This document shows, piece after piece, positions 1 through 6,595 of a stretch of DNA of 11,469 bases. Source of the stretch: a virus. Taxonomy: Duplodnaviria; Heunggongvirae; Uroviricota; Caudoviricetes. The translations under genes were made by a program, and so were the position numbers. Positions within the stretch are counted from its first letter, which is position 1, and the number at the start of each line of letters is the position of its first letter. Where the stretch lies: IMG/VR virus record IMGVR_UViG_2695420644_000002. One strand, written 5' to 3'. The notes under the pieces were generated by a model. That model saw nothing but the letters and a program-made list of their open reading frames with translations, had not been told where the DNA came from and did not search any database.

Positions 1-1
1 G

Positions 2-154
2 GAAGCCTTCTCCGGACGCTCACAGGCTATCCGGGAAGCCGTCGGGGAAGACGCCTCGCTGAAATCCCGGGATGTGGCGGCACTGGATACGCGTAAATCC
101 AAACAGCACGTCGATCCTGAAGTCAGAATGGCTGAATGGATGCAGACGCTGTGA
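2..154 (+). CDS. 3' end of an unidentified ORF (partial, runs off the window start)
   Basis: Frame 2 is open from base 2 and translates [50 protein letters not shown] with TGA at 152-154. GC-rich third codon positions look coding. Product not recognised; a 50-codon open frame is not strongly significant by itself. Confidence 0.3.
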   Translation, partial: EAFSGRSQAIREAVGEDASLKSRDVAALDTRKSKQHVDPEVRMAEWMQTL

Positions 155-393
155 GCAAGGTCACGGAAATCGTTACCAGTAATCCAGGCGATATAGAAAA
201 GTGTGTCGCCTTTTTTCACGGTATAGGTACTGCCGCTATAACTGCCTTTCGGAATGTTCCCATACTGACGGTTATAGACGATGCGTCCGTTTTCCATCTG
301 TACCGGCTGCTGAGCTACTGGCTGCACTGGCTGGATTTGCGGTTGTTGAGTAGCCTGAATTTGTGGCTGCTGTACCGGCTGAATTTGCGGTTG
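154..393 (-). CDS. nlpD: NlpD (LysM-domain murein hydrolase activator lipoprotein), internal fragment
   Basis: Minus-strand translation gives ...[80 protein letters not shown]: the Q/P-rich repeat tract followed by the LysM motif of E. coli NlpD. The match stops at both ends (N run at 396-398; divergence after DLA near 153). Confidence 0.8.
300..393 (-). repeat. Imperfect tandem repeats encoding the QPQIQPV tract inside the nlpD fragment
   Basis: Repeated units such as ctggatttgcggttg / ctgaatttgcggttg / ctgaatttgtggctg on the plus strand. This is a native feature of nlpD, not a separate element. Confidence 0.6.
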
Positions 394-400
394 CTNNNCG

Positions 401-1006
401 AATATGCTCGCGCTTAACCACTTGCATAAAACCGATATTGGCGCGCTCCGGAAAACGCTCGTGGCTTTCCAGAACAGGACCAAGCGTTTCTACCGCCGCG
501 GTATCGACATCATCGACCTGAATCACGCAATGCGGATTTCCCATCGACACCACGCCGCATAAGATTGTCTGCTCGGCGGCGCGCATAATATAGGTCTTTT
601 CCGCTTTGTTAGCGCGAAACGGCACGGCGGAAGGTTCGAAGTTGGGTTCGCCCATATTTACGCGGACCAGATCATCATCGGTGACGGTCAGAACCATCCG
701 CCCGTTGGCGGTGCTGACGCGGATATCACGCTTATTGGTCAGTCCTTTCAGACGCACAAAACGGGCAAAGCAGCGCGCACCGTTGCCGCACTGCGCCACT
801 TCACTGCCATCAGCATTGAAAATGCGATAGTGAAAATCCAGTTCAGGATCATACGGCGGCTCAACCACCAGCAGTTGGTCAAACCCTACCCCCAGGTGCC
901 GATCAGCCAGGCGACGAATCAGCTCCGGTGAAAAAAAGACATTCTGCGTTACCGCGTCGACGACCATAAAATCGTTGCCAAGGCCATGCATTTTCGAGAA
1001 CTGCAT
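401..1006 (-). CDS. dapF: Diaminopimelate epimerase DapF, 5' end intact, 3'-truncated at the N run
   Basis: Translation [80 protein letters not shown]...[10 protein letters not shown] matches E. coli DapF over about 200 residues. GGAG lies 6 nt upstream of the ATG at 1006. The frame runs into NNN at 396-398 and the sequence beyond is nlpD. Confidence 0.9.
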
Positions 1007-1042
1007 CATTTACTCCAATCACGCGGGTACAGAAACTGACTT

Positions 1043-1246
1043 TTAGTAATTCACCTGGGATGGACCATCGCCAGTGGCGCGATCGTTTTTATCCGGCACC
1101 GTGGATTGCGTTTGCGTCTCTACCGGTTTGGTCGGCGGCGGTGCGTTTTTATCTGCAGGCGGGAAATAGAGCGGACCTTTCAGACCGCAGCCCGTCAGGC
1201 TGAAGAGAGTAAGTAATACAGTGAGTGCCTTAAACACGTTTTTCAT
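1043..1246 (-). CDS. yifL: Small lipoprotein YifL
   Basis: 67-aa ORF MKNVFKALTVLLTLFSLTGCGLKGPLYFPP... with a lipobox (LTGC) and a Pro/Thr-rich tail, lying immediately upstream of dapF as in the E. coli yifL-dapF operon. Confidence 0.85.
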   Translation of the reverse strand: MKNVFKALTVLLTLFSLTGCGLKGPLYFPPADKNAPPPTKPVETQTQSTVPDKNDRATGDGPSQVNY

Positions 1247-1524
1247 TATGGATTGCCTGTAAAGTTCATCGCTTTCTGCTTTCTATCATCGCAGGAGAAG
1301 ACGTAAAAGCAAGCGTTTAGCGACTCTTTATGAAGTCTGAAAAGTGAGGAAATGCTGCGAGTATAACGCTTACTCGTGGGGATTTATGTTTTGCTGGTAG
1401 TTTCGTGATCGGCACCTCGCGCCAGGATGGCTTTATGCACTATCGCAATGTGGTTTGTTTGTTGTCTTTTTTAGTTCCGTCAGCGTGAGGATGCTCGCTC
1501 GGTAAACCTGATCATAATGTNNAN

Positions 1525-1677
1525 AAACGCTTGCTGTTGCCAGAACGGCAGTTCTCCGCCGCTTTCGTCACTGCTATTGAACGGCGAGTTGACGACATTG
1601 AGCGAGTCACCGCGTTTTTCAGAAAAGCCCATCGCCTCGCGGGTCAGATCTTCAATTTGCTTCATCTGTTCGTTGCT
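1525..1677 (-). CDS. fliF: Flagellar M-ring protein FliF, short internal fragment
   Basis: Minus-strand translation PLSNMKQIEDLTREAMGFSEKRGDSLNVVNSPFNSSDESGGELPFWQQQAF resembles the C-terminal region of enterobacterial FliF. Bounded by the N run at 1521-1524 and an in-frame stop at 1678-1680 that would not be present in an intact gene. Confidence 0.55.
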
Positions 1678-1680
1678 GAG

Positions 1681-2067
1681 AGGCTACGTGATGCAGATGC
1701 ACTGGTGGAAAAATCAATCTGGCTGATTGGTGGTGATGGCTGGGCTTACGATATCGGCTTTGGCGGTCTGGATCATGTATTGAGTTTGACGGAAAACGTC
1801 AACATTCTGGTGCTGGATACGCAATGCTATTCCAACACCGGTGGTCAGGCGTCGAAAGCGACACCGCTGGGTGCAGTAACTAAATTTGGCGAGCACGGCA
1901 AACGTAAAGCGCGTAAAGATCTTGGCGTCAGTATGATGATGTACGGTCATGTTTATGTGGCGCAGATTTCTCTCGGCGCGCAGCTGAACCAGACGGTGAA
2001 AGCGATTCAGGAAGCGGAAGCGTATCCGGGGCCATCGCTGATCATTGCTTATAGCCCGTGTGAAGAG
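1681..2067 (+). CDS. ydbK: Pyruvate:flavodoxin/ferredoxin oxidoreductase (PFOR), TPP-binding domain fragment
   Basis: Translation [98 protein letters not shown]...[12 protein letters not shown] carries the GDGW...YSNTGGQ thiamine-diphosphate motif region of PFOR. Only about 129 codons of a protein over 1100 aa are present, flanked by unrelated sequence. Confidence 0.7.
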
Positions 2068-3039
2068 TACTTTGGTCTGCTGTGAACCCAGGGTGATGAT
2101 GGTGGTATAGATCGCGCTGGAGAAGAAGCCCAGAGCGAGAATTGACCACGCCATATGTGCTGGTGTTCCGGTGTTAAAGACGTACATCAGAATCGCAGCC
2201 AGACCAGCCAGTACGGTCAGAATGCGTTGCAAATCAAAGAAGCGAAGAATAAAGCTGAACGCCCACATGCCGACCATGTATGACATCCAGAAGTTACTCA
2301 CCAGCGTGCCCGCGTCGTTCAGGCTCATGCCCAGGCCTTTGGCATACTCAGGCACCCAGGAGATAAAACCTAACTGACCGAGGATGTAGCACAACGCCGC
2401 AACAGAGAGAAACAGTACGCCGATCCCCCACTTTTCTTTCTCTACCGGAGCATCCGTTTTTGGCGCATGTTTGCCCAGCGCCGGGAACTCACAGCCGAAG
2501 GTCAGAATAAAAATAGCGACATCCACCAGCCCGATGCAGGCATAAACCCAGTACCACTCAATGCTGCGCGCCAGTAGAAACGCGGCGATCATTGGGAAAA
2601 TCATCCCAGCCATACTGAAGAAGGAGTCGGTAAATAACAGGCGGGAACCGCGCTGACGCCCTTCATACATTTGTGTTACCAGGAATGTACCAATCGACAT
2701 GGTGATGCCGCTGACCACCCCGAGAATGAACATCGCCGCCGAGAACAGCGCCAGGCTGTGGCTGAACATCAAACCGGCAACCGCCAGCACCATCAGGAGA
2801 AAGCCAAAACGTAACTGCGTTTTCAACGGGACGATTTCCATCAGCCAGGCGTTGAGGAAGATAGAGATTAAAATGCCGGCGTTGAGGAAGGTGAAGGTAT
2901 TACTCATACTGGAAACAGGCAGATTGAAATAATCGGCGATATTTCCCATCACCATCCCGGTGACAATAACCAACGCACCAGTCAGTGCGTAGGAGAGAAA
3001 GCTAATCCATGTGAGCTTGATGCGATTGCTGTTAGTCAT
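2068..3039 (-). CDS. tsgA: MFS transporter TsgA, 5' end intact, 3'-truncated
   Basis: Translation [44 protein letters not shown]...[16 protein letters not shown] matches E. coli TsgA for about 324 residues. The remainder of the computed 441-aa ORF is antisense to the ydbK fragment, so the gene is cut near 2067. Confidence 0.85.
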
Positions 3040-3691
3040 GATTGGCCTGCGTTCAAAAATAAAATGGCATAGCGGGATATGCCGCGAGCGGGCGATTTTA
3101 GGTGATTTTGTGATCTGTTTAAATGTTTTATTGCAATCGGTTGCTAAATTGCATTTTAAGAGTGGTGCCTCCAGGTGACGTTAACCAGTTAACAATTAAC
3201 GCCGGATACAGAGAATCCACCCATAACACTGTTTTTGGTTTTAACTGTTCCGCGTGCGCTCAGCCGCATTCACCACATCACAAAATTCACTTTAAAAAGG
3301 GCGGCAGAGCAGTCACGGAGTAAAACTGATACCGCCAAACGTCACCAGAAAATTGATAACAGAGGGCGTTGCAGCGGGGTTGTCACTTAAGCGTATGGTC
3401 AACCTGACAACCCGGTGTCCTCAACGGGGAANGNNTAACCCCGCCATACTTACCGCCGCGCCATTTCGCGGGTTGCCACAACCGGAAGCGCACGGTCGAC
3501 GAAAATTTAACGACAGGCTATCTATGAACCAGCTACCTCGCCGTGCGCTTTCGCGTTATGGTCTGACTTTTCAGGGAAATATCCTTTCAGTAAACTGTCA
3601 GTTCCGGATGCGCACCCGTGTCCGGCGCACGCACTCCACCTCACCCGTGGAGAACTCCTTAATTACTAACCTTAGCTTTGTTGATTAGCTA

Positions 3692-3910
3692 CTAACGCGG
3701 GTATGTAATCATTCTGGCAATGCTTAATGCCGCTGCTTTTTCCAGATTGGTGATATCCTGCTCCAGAGCGGACAGATTTTCAGCCTGCTTAGCCCTGGCT
3801 TCATTAGCCCATTTCAGATCCTGCGCTGCATTAATTTTCTGGCGCATCCACTCATAAAGTTCATCATCGGTATAGTCTGGCGCGATGATGACGGGTTCTC
3901 GTTTCTGCAT
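3692..3910 (-). CDS. Hypothetical prophage small protein (72 aa), predicted helical C-terminal half
   Basis: ATG at 3910 preceded by GAGGAA 7 nt upstream; product MQKREPVIIAPDYTDDELYEWMRQKINAAQDLKWANEARAKQAENLSALEQDITNLEKAAALSIARMITYPR. Last gene of a leftward three-gene string downstream of the repressor. Function not recognised; a size similarity to Rac KilR (73 aa) is only a coincidence-level hint. Confidence 0.55.
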   Translation of the reverse strand: MQKREPVIIAPDYTDDELYEWMRQKINAAQDLKWANEARAKQAENLSALEQDITNLEKAAALSIARMITYPR

Positions 3911-3939
3911 ACTGATTCCTCGCGGTGCTGTTTCGCTTA

Positions 3940-4068
3940 TCAGCCGTTAGATTTTGCCGAACTGGAAAGCGCCTGTTTAAACTCACTGAAGCTGAGAGCT
4001 TCTTCGCCTTCGGCAAGGCCTTCGAAGTATTCTTCGTAAGCCTTTTCCATGATTGTGTCGAAATCCAT
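3940..4068 (-). CDS. Hypothetical prophage small acidic protein (42 aa)
   Basis: Not in the supplied ORF track (below its length cutoff). ATG at 4068 with AGGTGAG 6-7 nt upstream and TGA at 3940-3942; product MDFDTIMEKAYEEYFEGLAEGEEALSFSEFKQALSSSAKSNG (10 acidic vs 3 basic residues). Starts 1 nt after the stop of the upstream ORF. Confidence 0.45.
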   Translation of the reverse strand: MDFDTIMEKAYEEYFEGLAEGEEALSFSEFKQALSSSAKSNG

Positions 4069-4069
4069 A

Positions 4070-4225
4070 TCACTCACCTGAGTTTCTTTCCAGCCAGCGA
4101 CGGGCACCATTTTCGGTTTTAAACGTTTTGCTTTTGGTATACGTCATTGCGGTGAACGTGCCGTCCTGGTTTGGAAACACGCCGTACACCAGAGATTCGT
4201 TGTTGCCAAGATCGATAGTATCCAT
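4070..4225 (-). CDS. Hypothetical prophage small protein (51 aa), Rac ydaF/ydaG-neighbourhood type
   Basis: Likely start is the ATG at 4225 with GAGG 5-8 nt upstream, giving MDTIDLGNNESLVYGVFPNQDGTFTAMTYTKSKTFKTENGARRWLERNSGE. The track ORF 4070..4303 begins at a TTG and is probably an over-extension. Confidence 0.5.
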   Translation of the reverse strand: MDTIDLGNNESLVYGVFPNQDGTFTAMTYTKSKTFKTENGARRWLERNSGE

Positions 4226-4303
4226 GCTGACCTCATTTCCCCTTAACGCTGGGGTAGCGGAACTGTTTGCTGAGAACACCGTGCGGTGTGTTGATGCAAA
4301 CAA

Positions 4304-4400
4304 GATTAGCCATGACTAACATATCGGTCAAGTGATTTTGTATGCTATAGCTAACATAATTGATGTGGTAAAAGATAACTCATTGATGATGTTATCTTTT
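4304..4400. promoter_or_regulatory. Operator/promoter-like region between the repressor gene and the leftward small ORFs (OL/PL-like), with a 10-bp inverted repeat over the repressor stop codon
   Basis: ATGACTAACA at 4312-4321 recurs at 4858-4867 on the other side of the repressor; GATTAGC at 4304-4310; TAGCTAACA at 4348-4356. Perfect inverted repeat AAAAGATAAC (4370-4379) / GTTATCTTTT (4391-4400) with an 11-nt loop. Possible leftward -35 TTGACC (minus strand, 4331..4326) and weak -10 TAATCT (4308..4303). Confidence 0.35.
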
Positions 4401-4799
4401 ATTTGTCCGCTGACGGGCTTTTAGTAATTCTTCAAAGAGTTTATTGAAGTTTTTTACTCGAGCTCGCATTTCGGCGAGCTGGGTATCCTGTTCTGATTCT
4501 GGCAGTGCATTAAACAGCTCAAGGAGCTCTAGTTCTTTGGGGGATAAGGCAACTGGCTTCTCAACAGGTGGTGTTGGTTGCTTGTCTTCATCGCCAAATA
4601 GAATCCATGTTGGTGAGCATTGCAATACTTTGCTGAGGGCAAAAAGGTTCTTCCCTGTAGGTTCACTATCACCCCGTTCCCATTGTGATACAGACACATG
4701 GGAGATTTTCAGGGCTTTAGCAAGAGACCTTTGGGTGTGTTTGAGGTTTTTCCGACGATACCTGATGCGTTCGCCGATAGTTAAATTTTTTGTTTCCAT
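4392..4799 (-). CDS. Prophage repressor, HTH XRE/cI-like (RacR-like), no peptidase domain
   Basis: 135-aa product METKNLTIGERIRYRRKNLKHTQRSLAKALKISHVSVSQWERGDSEPTGKNLFALSKVLQCSPTWILFGDE... shows the classic phage-repressor HTH signature (Q-x-x-V-S-x-WE-x-G...L-x-C-S-P-x-W-I/L). Divergent from a Cro-like gene across an 83-bp intergenic region containing palindromes. Confidence 0.8.
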   Translation of the reverse strand: METKNLTIGERIRYRRKNLKHTQRSLAKALKISHVSVSQWERGDSEPTGKNLFALSKVLQCSPTWILFGDEDKQPTPPVEKPVALSPKELELLELFNALPESEQDTQLAEMRARVKNFNKLFEELLKARQRTNKR

Positions 4800-4882
4800 A
4801 GTTAGCTAATGCTAAATCGTATTGACTATGTTTTTGTTAACATCTATCTTGTTAGTTATGACTAACAATAAAGGTGTTTTAA
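4800..4882. promoter_or_regulatory. Divergent promoter/operator region between the repressor and the Cro-like gene (OR-like)
   Basis: Candidate rightward sigma70 promoter: -35 TTGACT 4822-4827, 17-bp spacer, -10 TATCTT 4845-4850, then AAGGTG 6 nt before the ATG at 4883. Perfect inverted repeat TTGTTAG-N6-CTAACAA at 4849-4868 overlaps the -10. Palindrome TTAGCTAA at 4802-4809 abuts the repressor start codon. Confidence 0.5.
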
Positions 4883-5113
4883 ATGCTTAAAACTGACGCT
4901 CTTTTGTATTTCGGTTCAAAAACAAAACTTGCACAAGCAGCAGGTATTCGTTTGGCTTCGCTTTATAGCTGGAAAGGGGATTTAGTTCCCGAAGGTCGCG
5001 CGATGCGTCTACAGGAGGCATCTGGCGGGGAGCTTCAGTATGATCCCAAAGTTTATGATGAATATCGTAAGACGAAGCGGGCGGGGCGGTTGAACAATGA
5101 AAATCACTCCTGA
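4883..5113 (+). CDS. YdaS-family Cro-like HTH protein
   Basis: 76-aa product MLKTDALLYFGSKTKLAQAAGIRLASLYSWKGDLVPEGRAMRLQEASGGELQYDPKVY... fits the YdaS/Cro-like pattern (KLA..G.....L..W......P...A..L......GG.L). First rightward gene opposite the repressor, with an AAGGTG RBS. Confidence 0.65.
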   Translation: MLKTDALLYFGSKTKLAQAAGIRLASLYSWKGDLVPEGRAMRLQEASGGELQYDPKVYDEYRKTKRAGRLNNENHS

Positions 5114-5618
5114 ACAGGCTCGTGAGGCTCTGGATGCCTGGATATGTCGACCAGGAATGACACAGGAGCAGGCGACGATATTAATCACTGAAGCATTCTG
5201 GGCTTTGAAAGAGCGCCCGAACATCGATGTTCAGCGTGTCACATATGAAGGTGGCGCGATTGATCAGCGAGCGCTTGGCGTTAATCGAGTGAAGATATTT
5301 GAACGCTGGAAGGCTATCGACACCAGGGATAAGCGTGAAAAGTTCACGGCGCTAGTGCCTGCAATTATGGAGGCTATCCGGATTAATGATTTCAGGTTGT
5401 ATCGTGAAATTACTGACGGAAAAAGCATCACGTGCATGATCGCCGGGTTAAACAAAGAATATGGCGATGTGGTGGAGTCCGGACTGCTTTTTGCTGATCC
5501 TGCCGTAGTGGATCGTGAAACTGACGAACTTATAGAAAAAGCAATTGCTTTCAAACTTGCGTATCGACAGCAATACCAACAAAAAGCTGGATGGAATTAT
5601 GAGCCTTCTTTTTGCTGA
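5097..5618 (+). CDS. YdaT-family protein (prophage cII-position regulator, reported toxic on ectopic expression in Rac)
   Basis: 173-aa product MKITPEQAREALDAWICRPGMTQEQATILITEAF...VKIFERWKAIDTRDKREKFTALVPAIMEAI... aligns with my recollection of K-12 YdaT (MKI...W..P.G...KIF.RW....LLPAI). Overlaps the preceding gene by 17 nt and the next by 20 nt. Confidence 0.6.
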   Translation: MKITPEQAREALDAWICRPGMTQEQATILITEAFWALKERPNIDVQRVTYEGGAIDQRALGVNRVKIFERWKAIDTRDKREKFTALVPAIMEAIRINDFRLYREITDGKSITCMIAGLNKEYGDVVESGLLFADPAVVDRETDELIEKAIAFKLAYRQQYQQKAGWNYEPSFC

Positions 5619-6203
5619 ACGCCCACTGGTTATAAACACGCAGCTGGCAATGAAAATTGGCTTAAACGAAGCCATTGTTTTGCAACAACTGCACTACTGG
5701 TTGAGAGATACCAACTCCGGCATGGAATGTGATGGTGTTCGCTGGATTTATAACACAACGGAACAATGGCTGGAACAGTTCCCATTCTGGTCAGAGTCAA
5801 CGTTAAAGCGCGCGTTTGCAAGTCTGAAAACGCTGGGGCTTTTGCGTTGTGAAAAGCTCAATAAATCAAAGCGCGATATGACCAATTTCTACACGATCAA
5901 CTATGGGAGCGAGCTTTTAGATGGTGGCAAATTGAGCGAATCCATCGGTTCAAAATGCGCCGCTCCATCAGGTCAAAATGACACGATGGAAGAGGTCAAA
6001 ATGAAACGCTCCATTGGTTCAAAACGACCCAATGTCATCGGGTCAAAATGGCCTGATGATCTTACAGAGAATACAACAGAGATTACTACAGAGAATAAAA
6101 ACACTTTTCGTCCGGAAGCTTCGCAACCGGACCCGCAGACGACTGAACAGGATTTTTTAACCCGGAACTCCGACGCGGTTGTGTTTAGTGCGAAAAAACG
6201 CCA
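5599..6203 (+). CDS. Lambda O-like replication initiator (Rac ydaU position), 3'-truncated at N 6204
   Basis: Probable start ATG 5599: MSLLFAERPLVINTQLAMKIGLNEAIVLQQLHYWLRDTNSG...LKTLGLLRCEK..., an N-terminal winged-helix-like domain followed by a low-complexity linker encoded by the iteron array (repeated IGSK motifs). The track ORF starts further upstream at 5545. The frame continues into unrelated terminase sequence after the N at 6204. Confidence 0.6.
5941..6099. repeat. Iteron array: five direct repeats at 23-24 bp spacing plus three 12-bp repeats (candidate prophage replication origin inside the O-like gene)
   Basis: Core TCAAAATG at 5950-5957, 5973-5980, 5996-6003 and 6043-6050, with variant TCAAAACG at 6019-6026; unit consensus about tccatcGGTyCAAAATGac. 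Followed by ACAGAGA(A/T)TA repeats at 6064, 6076 and 6088 in a 68% AT stretch. Confidence 0.6.
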
Positions 6204-6205
6204 NA

Positions 6206-6592
6206 GGGGCATCCGTCTACGGAAAGCCTGTGGCCAGCATGCCACGTAAGCGAAACAAAAACGGGGTTTACCTTACCGAAATTGGTACGGATACCGCGAA
6301 AGAGCAGATTTATAACCGCTTCACACTGACGCCGGAAGGGGATGAACCGCTTCCCGGTGCCGTTCACTTCCCGAATAACCCGGATATTTTTGATCTGACC
6401 GAAGCGCAGCAGCTGACTGCTGAAGAGCAGGTCGAAAAATGGGTGGATGGCAGGAAAAAAATACTGTGGGACAGCAAAAAGCGACGCAATGAGGCGCTCG
6501 ACTGCTTCGTTTATGCGCTGGCGGCGCTGCGCATCAGTATTTCCCGCTGGCAGCTGGATCTCAGTGCACTGCTGGCGAGCCTGCAGGAAGAG
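6206..6592 (+). CDS. Lambda-type terminase large subunit (gpA-like), C-terminal fragment
   Basis: Translation ...KPVASMPRKRNKNGVYLTEIGTDTAKEQIYNRFTLTPEGDEPLPGAVHFPNNPDIFDLTEAQQLTAEEQVEKWVDGRKKILWDSKKRRNEALDCFVYALAALRISISRWQLDLSALLASLQEE matches the C-terminal region of phage lambda terminase large subunit as I recall it. Bounded by N at 6204 and NN at 6594-6595, so it lacks both its N-terminal ATPase part and its last ~25 codons. Confidence 0.8.
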
Positions 6593-6595
6593 ANN

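Noticed and set aside
136-417. 93-aa plus-strand ORF
   Set aside because: Antisense to the nlpD fragment and dapF, spans the NNN junction, and has a low-complexity Leu/Trp-rich translation. It is the mirror image of the nlpD repeat tract.
606-830. 74-aa plus-strand ORF
   Set aside because: Lies entirely inside and antisense to the well-supported dapF reading frame.
1714-2067. C-terminal extension of the 441-aa tsgA ORF
   Set aside because: TsgA similarity ends at about residue 324 (position 2068); the remaining 117 codons are antisense to the ydbK fragment and are Arg-rich.
1531-2085. 184-aa plus-strand ORF treated as one gene
   Set aside because: Only 1681-2067 is real PFOR sequence; the first 50 codons are antisense to the fliF fragment and the last few follow the ydbK/tsgA breakpoint.
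2171-2932. Plus-strand ORFs 2171..2377 and 2699..2932
   Set aside because: Both lie inside and antisense to tsgA with basic, low-complexity translations.
3353-3688. 111-aa plus-strand ORF
   Set aside because: Spans the N run at 3432-3435 and has an Arg-rich, non-protein-like composition. Only the last 54 codons lie in one segment, and those have a weak RBS.
3436-3691. Possible tRNA or attachment site at the prophage edge
   Set aside because: I found no T-loop-like GGTTCGAATCC-type motif and no cloverleaf-compatible arrangement by eye; without a scanning tool this cannot be supported.
3864-4319. Overlapping ORFs 3864..4073 (-), 3925..4122 (+), 4053..4319 (+)
   Set aside because: They overlap the three small minus-strand ORFs, which have strong Shine-Dalgarno sequences and coupled start/stop spacing; these alternatives have none.
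4444-4809. 121-aa plus-strand ORF
   Set aside because: Antisense to the repressor gene; Ser/Arg-rich translation.
5941-6056. Repeat array considered as a possible CRISPR array
   Set aside because: Repeat period is only 23-24 bp with 8-10 bp conserved cores and no unique spacers of CRISPR size. It lies inside a coding region and fits an origin iteron array much better.
5009-6245. Minus-strand ORFs 5009..5224, 5264..5554, 5448..5675, 5630..5821, 5973..6245
   Set aside because: All are antisense to the ydaS/ydaT/O-like genes and lack ribosome-binding sites or recognisable products.
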